This document shows, one piece after another, positions 63,561 to 64,000 of a stretch of DNA of 64,000 bases. The stretch spans positions 103,787 through 167,786 of the forward strand of contig CAILKO010000043.1 in assembly GCA_903834835.1 (NCBI GenBank), written 5' to 3'. Each line of letters starts with the position of its first letter. Position 1 is the first letter of the stretch. This stretch comes from an uncultured Pseudomonadota bacterium (GTDB lineage Bacteria > Pseudomonadota > Gammaproteobacteria > Burkholderiales > SG8-39). A program made the position numbers and the translations under genes. Below the pieces are notes generated by a model. The model saw nothing but the letters and a program-made list of their open reading frames with translations, did not search any database and was not told the DNA's origin.

Positions 63561-64000
63561 CTAGGGGCGCCGCCTGTCCAGACGCGCGAAATTCTGCAGT
63601 GAATGAAGATGGGCGTAGATCCTGCTCATGTATCCCTTTGCGACCATCACCTTGTGATTTGCTGCCTGAAGATCGCCGAGGCGGCTCTCGCTGATCCGGT
63701 ACATCCCCCCCAGGCTTAGCTGCTCTTGCTGCTCGCGTATCACCTGCATGGTGAACGGTTCGAACAGACCCAGGCGTCCGAGGGCTGCGCACATCTCGTT
63801 CGTGAGATCGAGGTCTTTTTCGAACTCGGCGAGTAGCCGTTCAATGGAGCGCCAGCGCTCGCTTGGCTCTCCGTGTTCGTCGAACAGGGACACTCCCGCA
63901 GCGTCCAGATAGGATTTTGCGACGCAGACTACCCGCTCGCTTTCAGGCTGCCCGTCACGATAAAGCTTGGAAATGCAGAACGGATAGCGCCGCACGAATG
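63561..64000 (-). CDS. Hypothetical protein (the frame stays open to the right edge, so it may be 5'-truncated by the window)
   Basis: The ORF has non-shadow-like composition (…LAEFEKDLDLTNEMCAALGRLGLFEPFTMQVIREQQEQLS…). I do not recognise a family. Confidence 0.45.
   Translation of the reverse strand, partial: FVRRYPFCISKLYRDGQPESERVVCVAKSYLDAAGVSLFDEHGEPSERWRSIERLLAEFEKDLDLTNEMCAALGRLGLFEPFTMQVIREQQEQLSLGGMYRISESRLGDLQAANHKVMVAKGYMSRIYAHLHSLQNFARLDRRRP

Overview
This is a GC-rich, densely coding chromosomal segment. Gene order and protein families point to a beta-proteobacterium, which is an inference. From left to right it contains the following. (1) The 5' half of a Tad/Flp pilus locus on the minus strand: tadE-tadE-tadG-flp-cpaA-cpaB-cpaC, with cpaC running off the left edge. 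(2) Two tandem paralogous xanthine-dehydrogenase-family molybdopterin-subunit genes. (3) The conserved block thrS-infC-rpmI-rplT-pheS-pheT-ihfA-merR, followed by tRNA-Pro(GGG). (4) An accessory-looking metabolic region from about 18.5 to 34.6 kb. It holds a divergent ANL ligase, a BenD-like SDR, an acyl-CoA synthetase, two tandem monocupins, an Amidohydro_2 enzyme, a CDO-like cupin, DUF4124, an ion-transporter-superfamily permease, a TIM-barrel isomerase, and a bkdR-like Lrp regulator with an acetolactate-synthase-like gene and bkdA1A2B. (5) Housekeeping genes: thioredoxin-like, surE-pcm-nlpD, a tightly coupled proS-slt-DUF58-tgpA-mltB operon, rppH, DUF3501, CNP1-like, rplU-rpmA-obg-proB, ispB, tRNA-Pro(CGG), a PP0621/PilS-like/PilR-like module, ampD, nrdAB with NrdR-like boxes, DUF2442, an H1-like lysine-rich protein, another slt, an aminotransferase, a PhaM-like protein, qor and a CoA pyrophosphatase. 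I found no rRNA, CRISPR array, transposase, integrase, prophage or recognisable defence genes. I cannot point to a clear-cut new 'system'. The most unusual signals are: (a) a ~30-bp AT-rich palindrome present three times, each 24-46 nt after a plus-strand stop codon; (b) the regulator-less catabolic-looking cluster with a duplicated gentisate-dioxygenase-like monocupin; (c) an ALS-like gene inserted between bkdR and bkdA1, with no E3 gene; (d) tandem orphan XDH-family large subunits; and (e) a terminator/antiterminator pair in the thrS leader. All protein calls rest on my own recognition of motifs in the supplied translations. No database search was run.
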